Source: Eledone cirrhosa
Lineage: Eukaryota
Assembly: GCA_964016885.1 (NCBI GenBank)
Contig: OZ024741.1
Span: forward strand, 351,478,001 to 351,542,000
Length of the DNA: 64,000 nt
Direction of reading: 5' to 3'
The position numbers and the translations under genes are program-made. Position 1 is the first letter of the stretch, and each line of letters starts with the position of its first letter. Under the pieces are notes generated by a model. That model had not been told where the DNA came from. It saw only the letters and a list, made by a program, of their open reading frames with translations, and made no database searches. This document shows positions 15,839 to 28,319 of the stretch, one piece after another.

Positions 15839-16054
15839 CGGTCTGTTCGGACGCTTTTTGCTCGCTCCCAGTAAGTCGCTTTACTTGCCTGTTAAAATTA
15901 TTTGTTGTTAAATATTTCTTGTTGTGTAAGGGATATAAGCCCTCAGACTTTGCCCTGTGAAGGGGAAAGTAAAATATTTGGGCCTTTTGGCCCAAATATT
16001 TGAACATTTTACTTTAAAAAAAAAAAATTGTTTAAAAAGAAACATGGCTGAGCT

Positions 16055-17536
16055 ATGCCCCCCCCCCCCCCCCCCCCAGCAATATGTCTGCTGTCGTCTG
16101 ACAACGGCGCAAAAGTTGAGAGGAGGGTTACAAACATTGTTACAACAGACACCACCACAAACAACGTGAACAAAGACAAAACTGAGAACACTAATTTCGA
16201 AAAAATTACCACACAAACTACAACAATAACAGCGTCAACTAAAATACAGACAACAGAAAAAAATAACAACAAATGCAACAACGATATTAACACCACTAAC
16301 AAGAAAATAAACAACAACAACACCAACAACAACAATACAAATTGTACCGAAAACAACAACAACGGTGGCACCAAAAACACAACCAACTACAACAGTGATA
16401 ACAGCAACAACACCAACAACACCGTTCGTAGCAGTAGCAAAATCAACGACACTAACAACAAGACCAGTAGTGGCAGCAATAATGGTGCCGCTGAAAAAGG
16501 GGCCACTTCTTTCGCAGGTGTGGCCCGAAATATAGAAAGCGTGCTAGTCACGGAGGAGGAGAAGGTAGTCGCAAGAGCCATGGTGTCGCGAAACGACAAC
16601 AGAGTTTCCCTGAAACCTCCACCCGATTTCTTCAAAGACCAGCAACTGCGCACGGTGACTTACCGCACCGTAAGCAAAATGTCGCATCGGGTGGAGAGAA
16701 CCACGGAGGCTCAAATACAAAAGGCCATGGGGTGTGTCTGGGCGCACAAAACCCACATCACCCGAGGCAAAAAGTACGGCACAGTAGACGTACTTTTCGC
16801 CAGCCCCCAAGAGGCGAAGTCTCACTCTTTGGAAACCCTAAGGAGTGAGGAGATAGTCTTGGTGCCCTCCTACTTCGGGCAGAAAATTGTGAGGGTCAAA
16901 GTGACCCAGGTCCCGCCCGACGTGCCCATACCTTGGCTGGTTGCTTCTGTATTGGCTGGAATCGAGGAGAAGACCACCATACTACAAATACAAAGAATGG
17001 GAAGAGAGGACTGGTCAGGAATAGGCATGCAAATGCTAATACAGACTGACCAGGAGTGCATCGAGGCCATCCCAGACCTCATAGACCTCGAAGAAGGGCT
17101 CCATAAGCGTGGAAGGAAAGCGCCCAAAGTGCTATCTCTGTGGGCAGAAGGGTCACCTCAGGGCTTTCTGCCCGCAGAAGACATCCAAGAAGAGGACCCC
17201 CCCCTCCTTCCGACGAATGATCCGCTGCTACCAAGAGCAGGACAGGCAACAGAGGCAGAAGACCCTTCCATGGTGAGTAGGATGGCAACGTCCGTGGAAC
17301 CCATACCAAGGCCACGGATAACTAAAGCAGCGGCAACACCAACAGTCGCAGTAGCTACGACGACGGTAAAATCGCCGGAGCGGGCTCCACTACCACCACC
17401 AACAACAGTGGTGCTCATGCCCCTCCCGGACGCCACGGGGTCCGACATGGAGTGTGAGGCGGTAGGGAAGTGGCAAACGGTCTGCCACAAAAAAACAAAA
17501 GAGAAAAAACTCCTTAGCTTCACCCTCCAAAAGTGA
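16055..17536 (+). pseudogene. Tx1-like ORF1 (gag-like nucleic-acid-binding protein), frameshifted
   Basis: Asn/Thr-rich N-terminus; CCHC knuckle CYLCGQKGHLRAFC at 17130-17171 lies in a shifted frame. Confidence 0.8.
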
Positions 17537-18027
17537 AGGCAGACAAAGAGGGGTAAAGGCTGCAAGGAGACTTGCAGCAACACCACCACCATCACTATCA
17601 CCACCACAAGCATCACCACCAACAACAACCACACCACCACCAGCATCACCAAAAACACCAACATCACAAACACAACAAAACACACACACCCAACAGCAAC
17701 AAGAAAACAGCAACAAAATCGCCCCTCCCCCAAAAAAGTACACAGCCATAAACATGGCAAATAAAGAACTCCAACAACACAAAGCAGCACACAGACATCA
17801 CAAAAAAACTACTACACCCCACCAACACCAAGAACTCTCCCGACAAACATAAGCATCATTGAAATCTCAATAGAACATTACAAACTTTTAAAGCAAAAAT
17901 TTTCCAACGCAGTTGGAGACTTCAGAGGGTCGGTTACCAAGAGGATATACACTGACATCCTCTTGGAAACACCCATGACTAGTTAAAGGGACGGTTCTAC
18001 TGTCCCTTCACCACACGATCAAGGTAA

Positions 18028-21000
18028 GTGACCCTTTCTCACTTACCCCGTTTCTCATCCAACATCGCCGTACTCAGAATAGGCAGTATAAATGCACGTG
18101 GCCTGGGGTCATCTTGGAAACAGGGTCACCTGTTCAATGACCTCAGGTCACTAAACATAGATGTGGTGGCCATCAGTGAAACCAGAATCTCCGAAGCACG
18201 AGCCTTCGCACCGATCTTCGGCGGCTACGATGTATACGCATCTCCCAGCCGTCCAGGATCGGGGGGAGTGGTTGCCGTCCTTTTTCGGAGAGGCTTGGAT
18301 CTCGCCATACGGGCCATCTTCCTGGACCCAGAAGATAAGTCGGTGGTGCTCGACGTGACCGGCACCGAAGGCAACGCTTTCAGGCTAGTAGCCGTCTACA
18401 CCCCAACAGGGGCAGGACCGCCAGATTTCTTCAGACGTCTAGAGACCTTTCTTGGAACGTCCCGCTCTTTAGTGGAACGGTATCTTAGATGCACGCTGGG
18501 ATTATGTGGGGCTAGTAGACAGGCAGGAGGGTGTAAAAGTCTCAACAACCTGCTCAGACGTTTTGAACTGTCTGACAGGTATAGACTGGATTATCCGAAT
18601 GTGCCAATGTGGACATGGGCAAACCGCATCGGGTCATCCAGATCGTATTTAGATAGGGTATTCTGTAGGGAAACAGATAAGGCTAGTGTAGGTTGTCCAC
18701 AATTTAAAGTAGTCCACTACACGGACCACAAATGCGTGACCTGTGAAGTTGACTTAGATAGACTCCATAGGCAAGGGCCCGGCTACTGGAAGCTGAACGC
18801 GTCGTTCCTGGCGCTCAAAGCTTACAGAGACCGGATTAGCGAATTAGTTAAGCGTGCGTTGACGGGTACGATTGTCAACAACAGGTGGTCGTTTAACCTG
18901 AAAAGGGCTATTAGAGTAGAATCGATAAGGTTTAGCAAAGGAGTAGTGATAGAGGAAAATAGAGTAGAGGAAGAGTTAGTTAGAAAGCTAAAAGAGGCGT
19001 TTAGGAGAGGCATCGCAACCGACGTTTTTGCGGCGAGATTGGCACTCGACCAATTCTTCAACGAAAAGCATGAAGGCTGCGTTGTCAGAGCTAGAGCGCG
19101 TGCTCTAAGACATGAGGGGACGAAAGCCGTTCAATGGGCCCGGGTGGTGGAGGCGCGACGTGGCAACAAAGCCACAATTCGCTCTTTGCCTGATCAAAAC
19201 GGGCGCATGTTGCTTGAACCCGAGCAGATGTGTGCGGCTTTTCAACAGCACTTTGCTCAATTGTTCGGGAGCGGCGGCGGGCCGGATCGGAGTATGGACT
19301 GCCACTGCTCTCGACGACTGCAGCGCAGTGCTGAGAAAAGCCGATAACAGCCGGTGAAATACGGGAAGCGATGTCTGACTGCAAGAGAGGTAAATCGCCA
19401 GGTTTGGATGGTCTGCCCTACGAGCTTTATGCATATATGTCAGACTTGATCGGCGACTTCTTGACAGATGTCTACTGCAACTGGCAGCAGAACGGGAGCA
19501 TTCCCAGTTTTGTGAGCCGGGGAGCGGTGGCGCTGCTGAGAAAAGACCCGAACAACAGGAACGTTATAGACAACTTCAGGCCCATAACTCTGCTAAACGC
19601 AGAGTTTAAGATTTTGACCAAGGTATTAGCAAAGAGATTGGCGCTTGTCGTCGGTGATCTGGTGGGAGAGGCGCAGACATGCGCCAACCCGGACAGATCC
19701 ATCTACAACAACCTCCATCTCATGCGATACATTATAGAGAGGGTGGTTAAGGAACCTGGCACGGGTGGGGCCCTGATCAACTTGGATCAATCTAAAGCAC
19801 TTGATAGGGTCGACCATCGGTACCTGGCTGTGGTCCTCGAGGCGGCCGGCTTCAAACCTGTTTTTAGGGGCGGGATCGCTGCGATGCAAAGCGACATCTG
19901 CTCGATTGTGAGGGTGAATTATCACCTGTCGCAGCCTTTCAGCATCATGCGCTCGGTCCGCCAGGGTTTTCTCCTCTCGTCCTTCTTGTACGTACTCGCC
20001 ATAGAGCCGTTACTGCACAAATTGGAGACGAAGAGGGGGGTCCCACGTGAACTGGGACGCGGGAGATCCGTGTCAGCTTACGCCGACGACGTCACCCTGG
20101 TGGTGTCGAACACCAAATACGTCCAGATGCTCGGCACCGCTCTCAAGGAATACGAAGCGGTAACAGGAGCAAAGATAAACCAGGAAAAGTCGGTGGGCTT
20201 GCAACTCGGCACCTGGAGAGGCAAGTCCATGCCGTCCGACAGCGTCGTGGGGCGCTGGACAGAAGGACCGGTTAAATTGCTCGGGGTATGGTTCGGGCCG
20301 GACCTCCAGATGGAGAAAAACTGGAGCGAGGTGACGAGCAGGGTGGCCTCTCTCACCCAGAAATGGGCCGAGAGGAGGCTGTCTTTGAAAGGTCGGGCGG
20401 AGGTGGCGAATGCGTACATAGCATCAGTCATCTTCTACCGCCTGACCGTCCTACCTTGCCCCCGCCCAACTCTGACCAAAATGGAGCGCCTTCTCTTCCG
20501 CTTTTTGTGGTAGGGACGTGCTCCCATGGTCAGACGATCCATTTGCTGTCAACACCCGTTGCGTGGAGGACTAGGCATGCCGTGGCTGAGGATGCGCAAA
20601 CATGCGCTGAGGCTGCGACATCTCTGGTGCTTCCTTGACAGTGAACAGGTGTGGTCGCTGTTTGCCAGACGCGCTTTTTCCCAGCTCGTCTCCTTGACGG
20701 AGCTGCAGTCCTGGATCAGGAAAAGACCGAGGGATAGCGCTTGGAAGCTGGAATGTCTCCAAGCGCTCACCGCCCTCTACCGGCTGGGCACTAGTTTAGG
20801 TGGAACATCCACCTCGGCGTTCTATAGAGGGCTAGTGGTGGGAAAGAACGACGACATTCTGGGGGAGACCCTGGGCGTCGAAGACGATCAGCTCTTCGCT
20901 CTCTTCAATGAAACTTTCAGACCGGGGCCTATGGACAACTTCCAGAAATCCCTGGCCTGGCAGTTCTACCGGGGAGCGTTGCCGGTTCGGGATAAGCTCT

Positions 21001-21360
21001 ACATGCACGGAGGTGCTGTCAGCCTAGCCTGTCCGAGATGCGCTCAGGGCGACGAAACCGTCCTGCACGCACTCGTTCAGTGCCCGAGCATTGCTGACTT
21101 GTGGAGCTATGTCGAACAGCTGCTGTCGCGTGTAGGACTGATCCGGTTATCGACTGAGTCTATTGTGCAGATAGCCCCGCCATCCTCCTTTAAAGAGGAA
21201 GATGAGCAGGCAGTTTCCATCTGCCTGGTGGCGATAGCGAAAGAGATTGTGTGGTGGACAAGGTTGAAAGGGTTGAAGACGGACACTTTCCGCTTCGGCC
21301 AATCCCTAATTAACTTTTTCAAGTTTCACTTGAAGAGGAAAATCAAGGTGGAGAGGCAAG
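18028..21360 (+). pseudogene. Tx1-like ORF2 (APE endonuclease, reverse transcriptase, zinc-binding domain)
   Basis: SINARGL, ISETR, SYLDRVF, TDH (APE); GPGYWKLN; AYADDV (RT); CPRC...HALVQC; broken near 18475, 19305 and 20513. Confidence 0.9.
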
Positions 21361-21901
21361 AGCCCAACTCCCACTGTCATCGCCTCCATCTCTCTCGCCC
21401 TCCCCATCTCTCTGTATGGTGATCAAATGGGGACCCACGTGCTCGTCTCCCCACAGCCCCGGCGGACAGAATGGAGAAGGCGTTTCCCCGGAGGATGGTA
21501 AGGGAGATGCGTTGGAAGAGCCATAGTAACTACATCTGAAGCTGGCATTTCTGAGTTGGATTTAGTGCTATCAATTAATGGCAAAAGAATCCAATATGCT
21601 GTTTCTTTCTATTTTCTCATGTGTGTACATTTGTACTTGTATACATGCGTATATTCCATCTACCACTTTATTCTGCCAATACCATCAACCATTTCAGTAA
21701 CCCTCCTATATACTTACCTCCGCATTCTTATCTTAATTACCCCATTCTCAATTATATCCCCCTTTCCCCACCTCAAGTCTTCCTTATTTATACTGTGTCT
21801 GGCATTCAAATGAAATTTTCTTATCTGATGACCCTGTGATAAACAGGCAAACCTCAGAGTAACAAAACTCATTATTTAGCCTTAATAAAATGAATATGTA
21901 T

Positions 21902-22050
<149 letters not shown>

Positions 22051-22100
22051 TCTATATATGTATATGTGTGTGTATGTATGTACGTATGTACGTATGTATG

Positions 22101-22710
22101 TCAGGTTACCAGTTGGTGCTACTGGTAAAATGTATTCCAGTACAACCTGTCCCATGGTCGGGTCGTTGGTGACTAAACTGGCAACCCTACCAAGGTTTCT
22201 TGGTGAGGAGGGTGACTTTGGACATCCTGCAGGAATAAAAACAAAACCTGTCAAAGGGCAAAAGAGCTCTTAAGAGTCAATGGCCATCCAAAATCACTGG
22301 GGAGAGATGATCCCTTAGCCTTTGTCAAGGCAGAATTCTAGGAGAAGGAAAAGTCTGATATAACACCTGCAACCCTGATGGTATCCAATGATGTTGACTT
22401 GTTCTTCTTTTTGGTAAATATCATCTTGGTTAAGAGAGTGGGACTGGCTTTGTGCAGTGCCTTTGCTCACTATAAAAGCTTCACGGCACAGGCATTGCTT
22501 TATATCTGGAGATCTCTCTGCACTTGTCGTCACATGGTACCATGGGCCCAGCACTATGTGTCAATAATTGTCGCAAGTGTAGTGTTTGTACCAGAGTTTT
22601 CAAGTCGCTGGCTGGACTAAAAAGTCACACTCGTTCAGCGCATCGGTAGGTGTTCTTCTACATGGATATAAAGTAGTGGCCGTACTCGAAAACGAGTTGG
22701 CAGCCACCAT
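22101..22710 (+). mobile_element. ~610-bp bipartite non-autonomous RTE-derived retroelement
   Basis: Structured GC-rich 5' part; 3' part encodes CSVCTRVFKSLAGLKSHTRSAHR-stop, the C2H2-like terminus typical of RTE ORFs; four copies in window. Confidence 0.7.
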
Positions 22711-23059
22711 GTACACACATATGCATATATATATTATATGATGCTTGTTTAATGAATGTTAATTGAATATATTAGAATTGCAGATACATAAGTAGACATG
22801 GTGACGTCTCATTGCCCTAAGGCTTGAACCTTCGTATATCTCATCCTTATTCCCGGAGCAAGGTTGCGTCACCTTAGTTATTTCGTAACGCAATAATCTC
22901 TTAACCCTGTTAGTAAAATATTCTTGAAAAGCACAAAAGAACGCTATAAGTGCATCACATTAAATATTAAAGCCGTTACTCTCATATTGTAAATTTTCAC
23001 CACAATCAGTCAACTATTAAATATACTATCGCCAGTCCTTCAACTTCCGTCAAATCGGA

Positions 23060-23250
23060 CCGACGAAACAATGTTTCCATAGGTCTTTCCAATTGCTAAT
23101 ACTATCTATCGGTCGCAACTCCAGGTAGAAGGAGCAACGCGAAATAAAGTGTCTTCCTCAAGGACATAACGCATCGCCCGGTCTGGGAATCGAACTCACA
23201 ACCTCATGGTTGTGAATCCAATTCTCTAACCACTCAGTCACGTGTCTTCA
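23060..23250 (-). mobile_element. tRNA-derived SINE, family B
   Basis: Minus strand: gtgactgagtggttaga (box A), gagttcgattcc (box B), tccttgaggaagacactttatttc; relatives at 26818-27010 (+), 37105-37220 (-), 61725-61870 (-). Confidence 0.75.
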
Positions 23251-23416
23251 CAAATATACTATAAATATTTTAATTGACTCTGAATATCAGGTACCACATA
23301 AAACGGCGTTAGGGAAACGACAAAATTGATTGCATCACATTTAACATTAAAATCTTTACTCTCACACTGGGAAATGTTACTTCAATCTGTCCATCATTAA
23401 AGATACTAAATATACA

Positions 23417-23620
23417 GGGCGGTGGATTGGCAGTATCGGTAGAGGGTTGGACGCCATGCTTTACAGCATAGAGTTACGGCCCTTTATGATCTGAGTTCAA
23501 ATCCCGCCGAGGTTAACTTTGCCTTTCATCCTTTCGGAGTCACACACTGGGGTCGATTTAATCGACTAGCCCCTCCCCTCAAAAAATTGCTGGCGTTGTG
23601 CCTATATAAGAAATTATCAA
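23417..23620 (+). mobile_element. tRNA-derived SINE, family A (reference copy)
   Basis: Box A tggcagtatcgg, box B gagttcaaatcc, gtcgatttaatcgac hairpin; further pieces at 1-85, 11855-11940, 12254-12370, 26730-26812, 36218-36417 (-), 37917-37988 (-), 39010-39120 (-), 39190-39290, 53730-53900. Confidence 0.85.
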
Positions 23621-23885
23621 TGAAGATACTATAAACATTTGAATCAACAAAAACGTTTTAAGATATTTTGTGATAAATCATTTCAGGGTGTTAAGAATTA
23701 CACGAGTGAGTTATCAAAACTGGATTCCACTTCAACTGTAGATAGATTACCACGTGGAGCAAGACTTCTGCAATGGAAGTAGTTGAAGCAGCTGAAGCAC
23801 TTTATAAATGTATAACTGTTATGTCAGCTTGCAGTCTTGAACTCAACTACTACTTCTTGATATATATAATCGTACGATGATGCAG

Positions 23886-23955
<70 letters not shown>

Positions 23956-24156
23956 TATGTATACGTACATACATATATGTATACAGACGTACAGTAGTAT
24001 GTATATACATACATGCACACATATATATATATGTACGTATGGGTTTACCGAACATTTATTATAATGCTCGGTTTGTTTGTAAATAAACAGCCCGAATTAT
24101 TAGCCGTACAGTGTTCGGCAACCATCGTTGCCATTTTGTTCAAAATTGACAAAGGA

Positions 24157-24199
24157 ACGATGAACTAGTTTCTAGCTTATTAGCTGTCATCAGCACCGT
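24157..24199 (-). ncRNA. Minimal type I hammerhead, canonical core
   Basis: acggtg CTGATGA c agct-aata-agct a GAA actagt T catcgt; 6-bp stem I, palindromic stem III. Confidence 0.85.
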
Positions 24200-24326
24200 A
24201 TACCTTCCTGTCAGTTGATTGAACGTTTGAAAGTATATACTTTCCTTATGCATATTAACGGCTGAGCAGCCTAATTTAAGTATCAGCCGTACTAAGAGTG
24301 AGAAATGAAATTTCATTTTTTCCATT

Positions 24327-24375
<49 letters not shown>

Positions 24376-24412
24376 ATGTATGTATGTATGTATGTATGTA
24401 TGTATGTATGTA

Positions 24413-24462
<50 letters not shown>

Positions 24463-24514
24463 GGGGAGAGAGAGATACATAGTTAAAAGTAAAGAAGAGA
24501 TAGAAATAGGAATA

Positions 24515-25218
24515 TACGAGGGTGGGCTGAAGAGTTCATAGGCTGACTATAAAGAATTGATACTAGAGCTGTGAAATCTTGCGTGCATTAATTTCAACTC
24601 TTCTTATTAATTACTGGATTGTTTTTTCCAAGTAAACTGACATCTAACTGTTCAAGGAAGACCTCAACTGTAACTAGTAGCGACTTGTCTTGAAAATGGA
24701 AAACATTTGACATCGTGGTGTTATCAAGTATCTGGAAAACATAGTTCGTGTTCACTACATAGGGATGAATGACAGACGATTAACTATAAATGAAATAGCC
24801 AATGCTATTAGCATATCTCGTGAGAGAGTTGAGAATATTCTGCACAATGAACTTGGCATGAAGAAGGTTTCTGCTCAGTGGATGCCACGTCTTCTGACAC
24901 CTGATCAAAAGCTCACCAGGCTGACCACATCACGGGAAAATCTGACATTGTTTGGTGCAGATCCAGCCAGTTTCCTAGAATGTTTCCTAAACCAGAATGA
25001 GTGTTGGTAGTCATCACTTTGAACCAGAGACAAAGAGGCAACCCATGCCAATGAAAATACCCCTCCTCACCTATTCCAAAGAAGGTCAAGGTCGTTTCAT
25101 CTCATGCCAACTTGCTGAGGCAGTTACGAAAGACTATCATGACCAAATGCCCAGGAAAATTGACGAAAGGGGTCTTGTTTCATTAAGACACTGTTCCAGC
25201 ACACAAGTCATCATTTAA
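24515..25218 (+). mobile_element. Degraded mariner transposon remnant
   Basis: Starts TA-cgagggtgggctgaa; DRRLTINEIA...LGMKKVSAQWMPRLL (WVPRLL motif), EPETKRQ; internal deletions. Confidence 0.85.
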
Positions 25219-27099
25219 AATATGCTCGCGCTGTAAAAACCTCTGTGCGGTCCGTAGGTGTGCTTGTGAAGGGCCGCATGTTTGACATGTCTGGTCTAGA
25301 TAATTGTAGGAAGTGGATGATGTCCTCTAGTTAGGAGACTGTATTTTCAGCGGAAACGTTGGAAGGTTGTGTAGGTAGGTATATGTTGAAAAGAATCTTT
25401 GAGAAGGCGGGTCTCTGTTGTACTTCCTTCGGGAAATTGCAAAAAAAAAAGGAAGTGTTGTTTTTTTATAAGATATAGGCTTGGCGACCAGAAAAATACT
25501 TTGCTAGCCAGCATTTCGTGTTGCTTGTTGTAGAGCCATTGAATATTTTGCGTATAAGTCAGCGGTTTCCAACCAGGAGTCCGCAAAATTAGTGCTCGAG
25601 TCCGTGAGCTAAGTTCTAAAACTACTGTTAAAAACATTTGTATACACTATTGGGTATCAACTCTTCTCTTAGTATAAACATTTCTCCCTTTTGATTGTTA
25701 TTCTCGCTGTGAAAGAATCTGAGGGGAATAATTATATTAATGAGTCAGTGTGAAAATTCATTAAAAAAAAGCGAGTTCTTTTGTAGTGAAAAGGCTGGGA
25801 GCCTCTGGTATAAGAAAACTTTGATGATTTCGATGGTAGTTAGATGGGAGCATGTGAGCTTTTGTTGTTTAAACAGTCATGTATCCTCTGTAACAGGTTC
25901 ACTAATAGCCTGGTGGTTGAGTGCGGTGAACCAAATTGTGTTATGATTTTGAGAAGGGAATATATGGATTAATGATGTAATGGAAGAGACTGTCTAAAAT
26001 GTTTCAGGGCATGTATGCAATACCCTAGAACACTAGTATAGCAACATCCTCAAAACCTTATATTTCCCACTCAGCCCAGACAAACATGAATAAAACATCG
26101 ACACACAAAAATAGCCTAACTTCACTGGCCCCAAACACTCTGCTTGAATGTACATTGCCAACAATAAGTGTAGAAGTAAAAGTGCATGCGTTTAAGAGAG
26201 AGAGAGAGACAGGGGGAGGAGAAGGAATTATAAAGAGATTGAATTAAGGGGAGATAATTGAAAGTTACCTAGAAAGGAAAGAATGAAAAAGACAACTGCA
26301 GTGTCTTTCATTAAAAAGGAAGTAAATTATGTTTTTACTCAATTAGTTAAATATTATAGATAATGAACACAACCACAGGAATAAGGTACGAAAGTGGAAG
26401 AGCCGAATTCCCACCGTCATCAACTACATCTCTTTTCTCATCCCCATCTCCCTGTATGGTGAGCAAGTGGGGTCCCACGTGCTGGCCTCCCCACAGCCCC
26501 GGCGGACAGAATGGTGAAGGCGTTTCCCCGAAGGGTAGAAGAACAGCAGCTGTCATGCTCTGATTAAGTCCCCCTTCTCTGTCTTACCAAACCACCGCTA
26601 GAATCTACGGGTGTACAGAACAAGCAGGGCATTGGTGGAGAGAGGGAAATATCTCCAAACTGTTCCACTGCACCCCACACTATTTATCACTACACCTCAA
26701 GTACGCAGTATTGTTGTTTTTATTATAATTCCTTACGGGGTCGATAAAATAAAGTACCAGTAATGTACTGGGTAATTGCTTGCCTTGTGCCTAAAGTAGA
26801 AACAATTATAATTGTGCGAAGGCCCGTGGCTCAGTGGCGATAGTGCGCGGATCAGGATCGTAGGGTCTTGAGTTCGATTCCCAGTGGAGCATTGTTTCCT
26901 TGAACAAGACACTTTATTTCATGTTGCTCCTATTCAATAACACGTTATTTTCACGAGCAGGTTGCTCCGTTGATTGAACAACTGGAACACTCGTCGAAAC
27001 CGATGGAAATCCAACGACAACAATAACATCATTATTGTTTTCCCTCTGTTGTTGTCGTTGTAATTGTTGTTGATAACATCGGTATGGGTAATACAGATA

Positions 27100-27560
27100 A
27101 TGGTTTCTGATTTAGTCACAAAGCCAGCAATTTGGAGGGAAGAGGAAAAGTCGATTAAATCGATCCCAGTGCATTACTGGTACTTTATTTTATCGAAAGT
27201 CGATAAGCAACACGAAATGCTGGCTAGCAAAGTATTTTTCTAGTCGCCAAGCCTATAAAAAAACAACACTTCCTATGTTTGCAATTACCAGAAGGAAGTA
27301 CCACAGAGACCTGCCTTCTCAAAGATCCTTTTCAACATATACCTACCTACTCAACCTTCTAACGTTTCCGCAGAACATACAATCTCCTAACTAGAGGACA
27401 TCACCCACGTCCTACAATTATCTAAACCACTATTGTCAAACATGCGGACGAAAGGCAAAGCTAATCTGGGCGGGATTTGAACTCAGAACATAAAGGGACG
27501 TTATTATATGCTACTAAGCTTATTGTTCAACGCTCTACCGATACTGCCAATCCGCCGCCC
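27100..27560 (-). mobile_element. Family A SINE interrupted by a ~245-bp insertion
   Basis: Tail half 27100-27200 and head half 27449-27560 flank an inverted copy of 25275-25527. Confidence 0.75.
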
Positions 27561-28028
27561 TTTGTTGCTGATAATGTCGGTATGGGTAATTCAGATAGTG
27601 GTAACGATAGTAAACATTTGACTTCACTGTTGCCATGTAGTTGACAGCAACTGTTCTGTCTTAGAGAGATTAACTGGTAAACAATTGTAGTTAAAACCTA
27701 GTTTTGTTGTTGAATAGCCGAGGTGAATGAAAAACACATTTGGATTTTAACGCCAGCCAATGTCATCTCTGTTTAGTACATACGTACCCATCATTCTCTC
27801 ATCATCAGCAGCACCAACAACAACATCATCAACAACACTAACGATAGCAGCAACAGCAGCAGCAACATCATCAACAACAACATCAACATCATCATCCTAA
27901 TTATCAACATCATCAGCAACAACATCAACACCAACATCATCATCAACAACAAAACCGTTATTATCATCATTATGGTCGTCGTTATAATCATCGTCATCAT
28001 CATCGACAACAATGACATCATCCTCCTT

Positions 28029-28059
<31 letters not shown>

Positions 28060-28319
28060 ACAACAGCAAACAAACCAAACTCTCTCAGACAACAAATAAC
28101 TTTTACTAAAACAATAGAGAAATAAAATAAAAAGATAAACAACGGACTATTTCGAGGTTTTATTCTTTATTTTCGAATCTTATTTAATTCTCTGCCATTC
28201 TTTATCTCTAACTGTTGTTATTATTTATTGTATGCTTTATAATATGTTTATACTAATGTCATGTTTTATCCAATTTTATTGTATTACGTCCTTTCTCCTA
28301 CTCTCATTTATATATGACT

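Larger units (their letters stand above)
15839..21360 (+). mobile_element. Tx1-like LINE with 5' UTR, ORF1 and ORF2, 3'-truncated
   Basis: Two-ORF layout; ORF2 has APE endonuclease, RT and Cys-rich domain; similarity to the first copy stops near 21360. Confidence 0.92.

Noticed and set aside
22101-22260. HDV-like or twister ribozyme
   Set aside because: Could not place P1/P3/L3 or the twister pseudoknots by eye.
23417-23510. Functional tRNA gene
   Set aside because: A and B boxes run into SINE body and tail; no complete cloverleaf.
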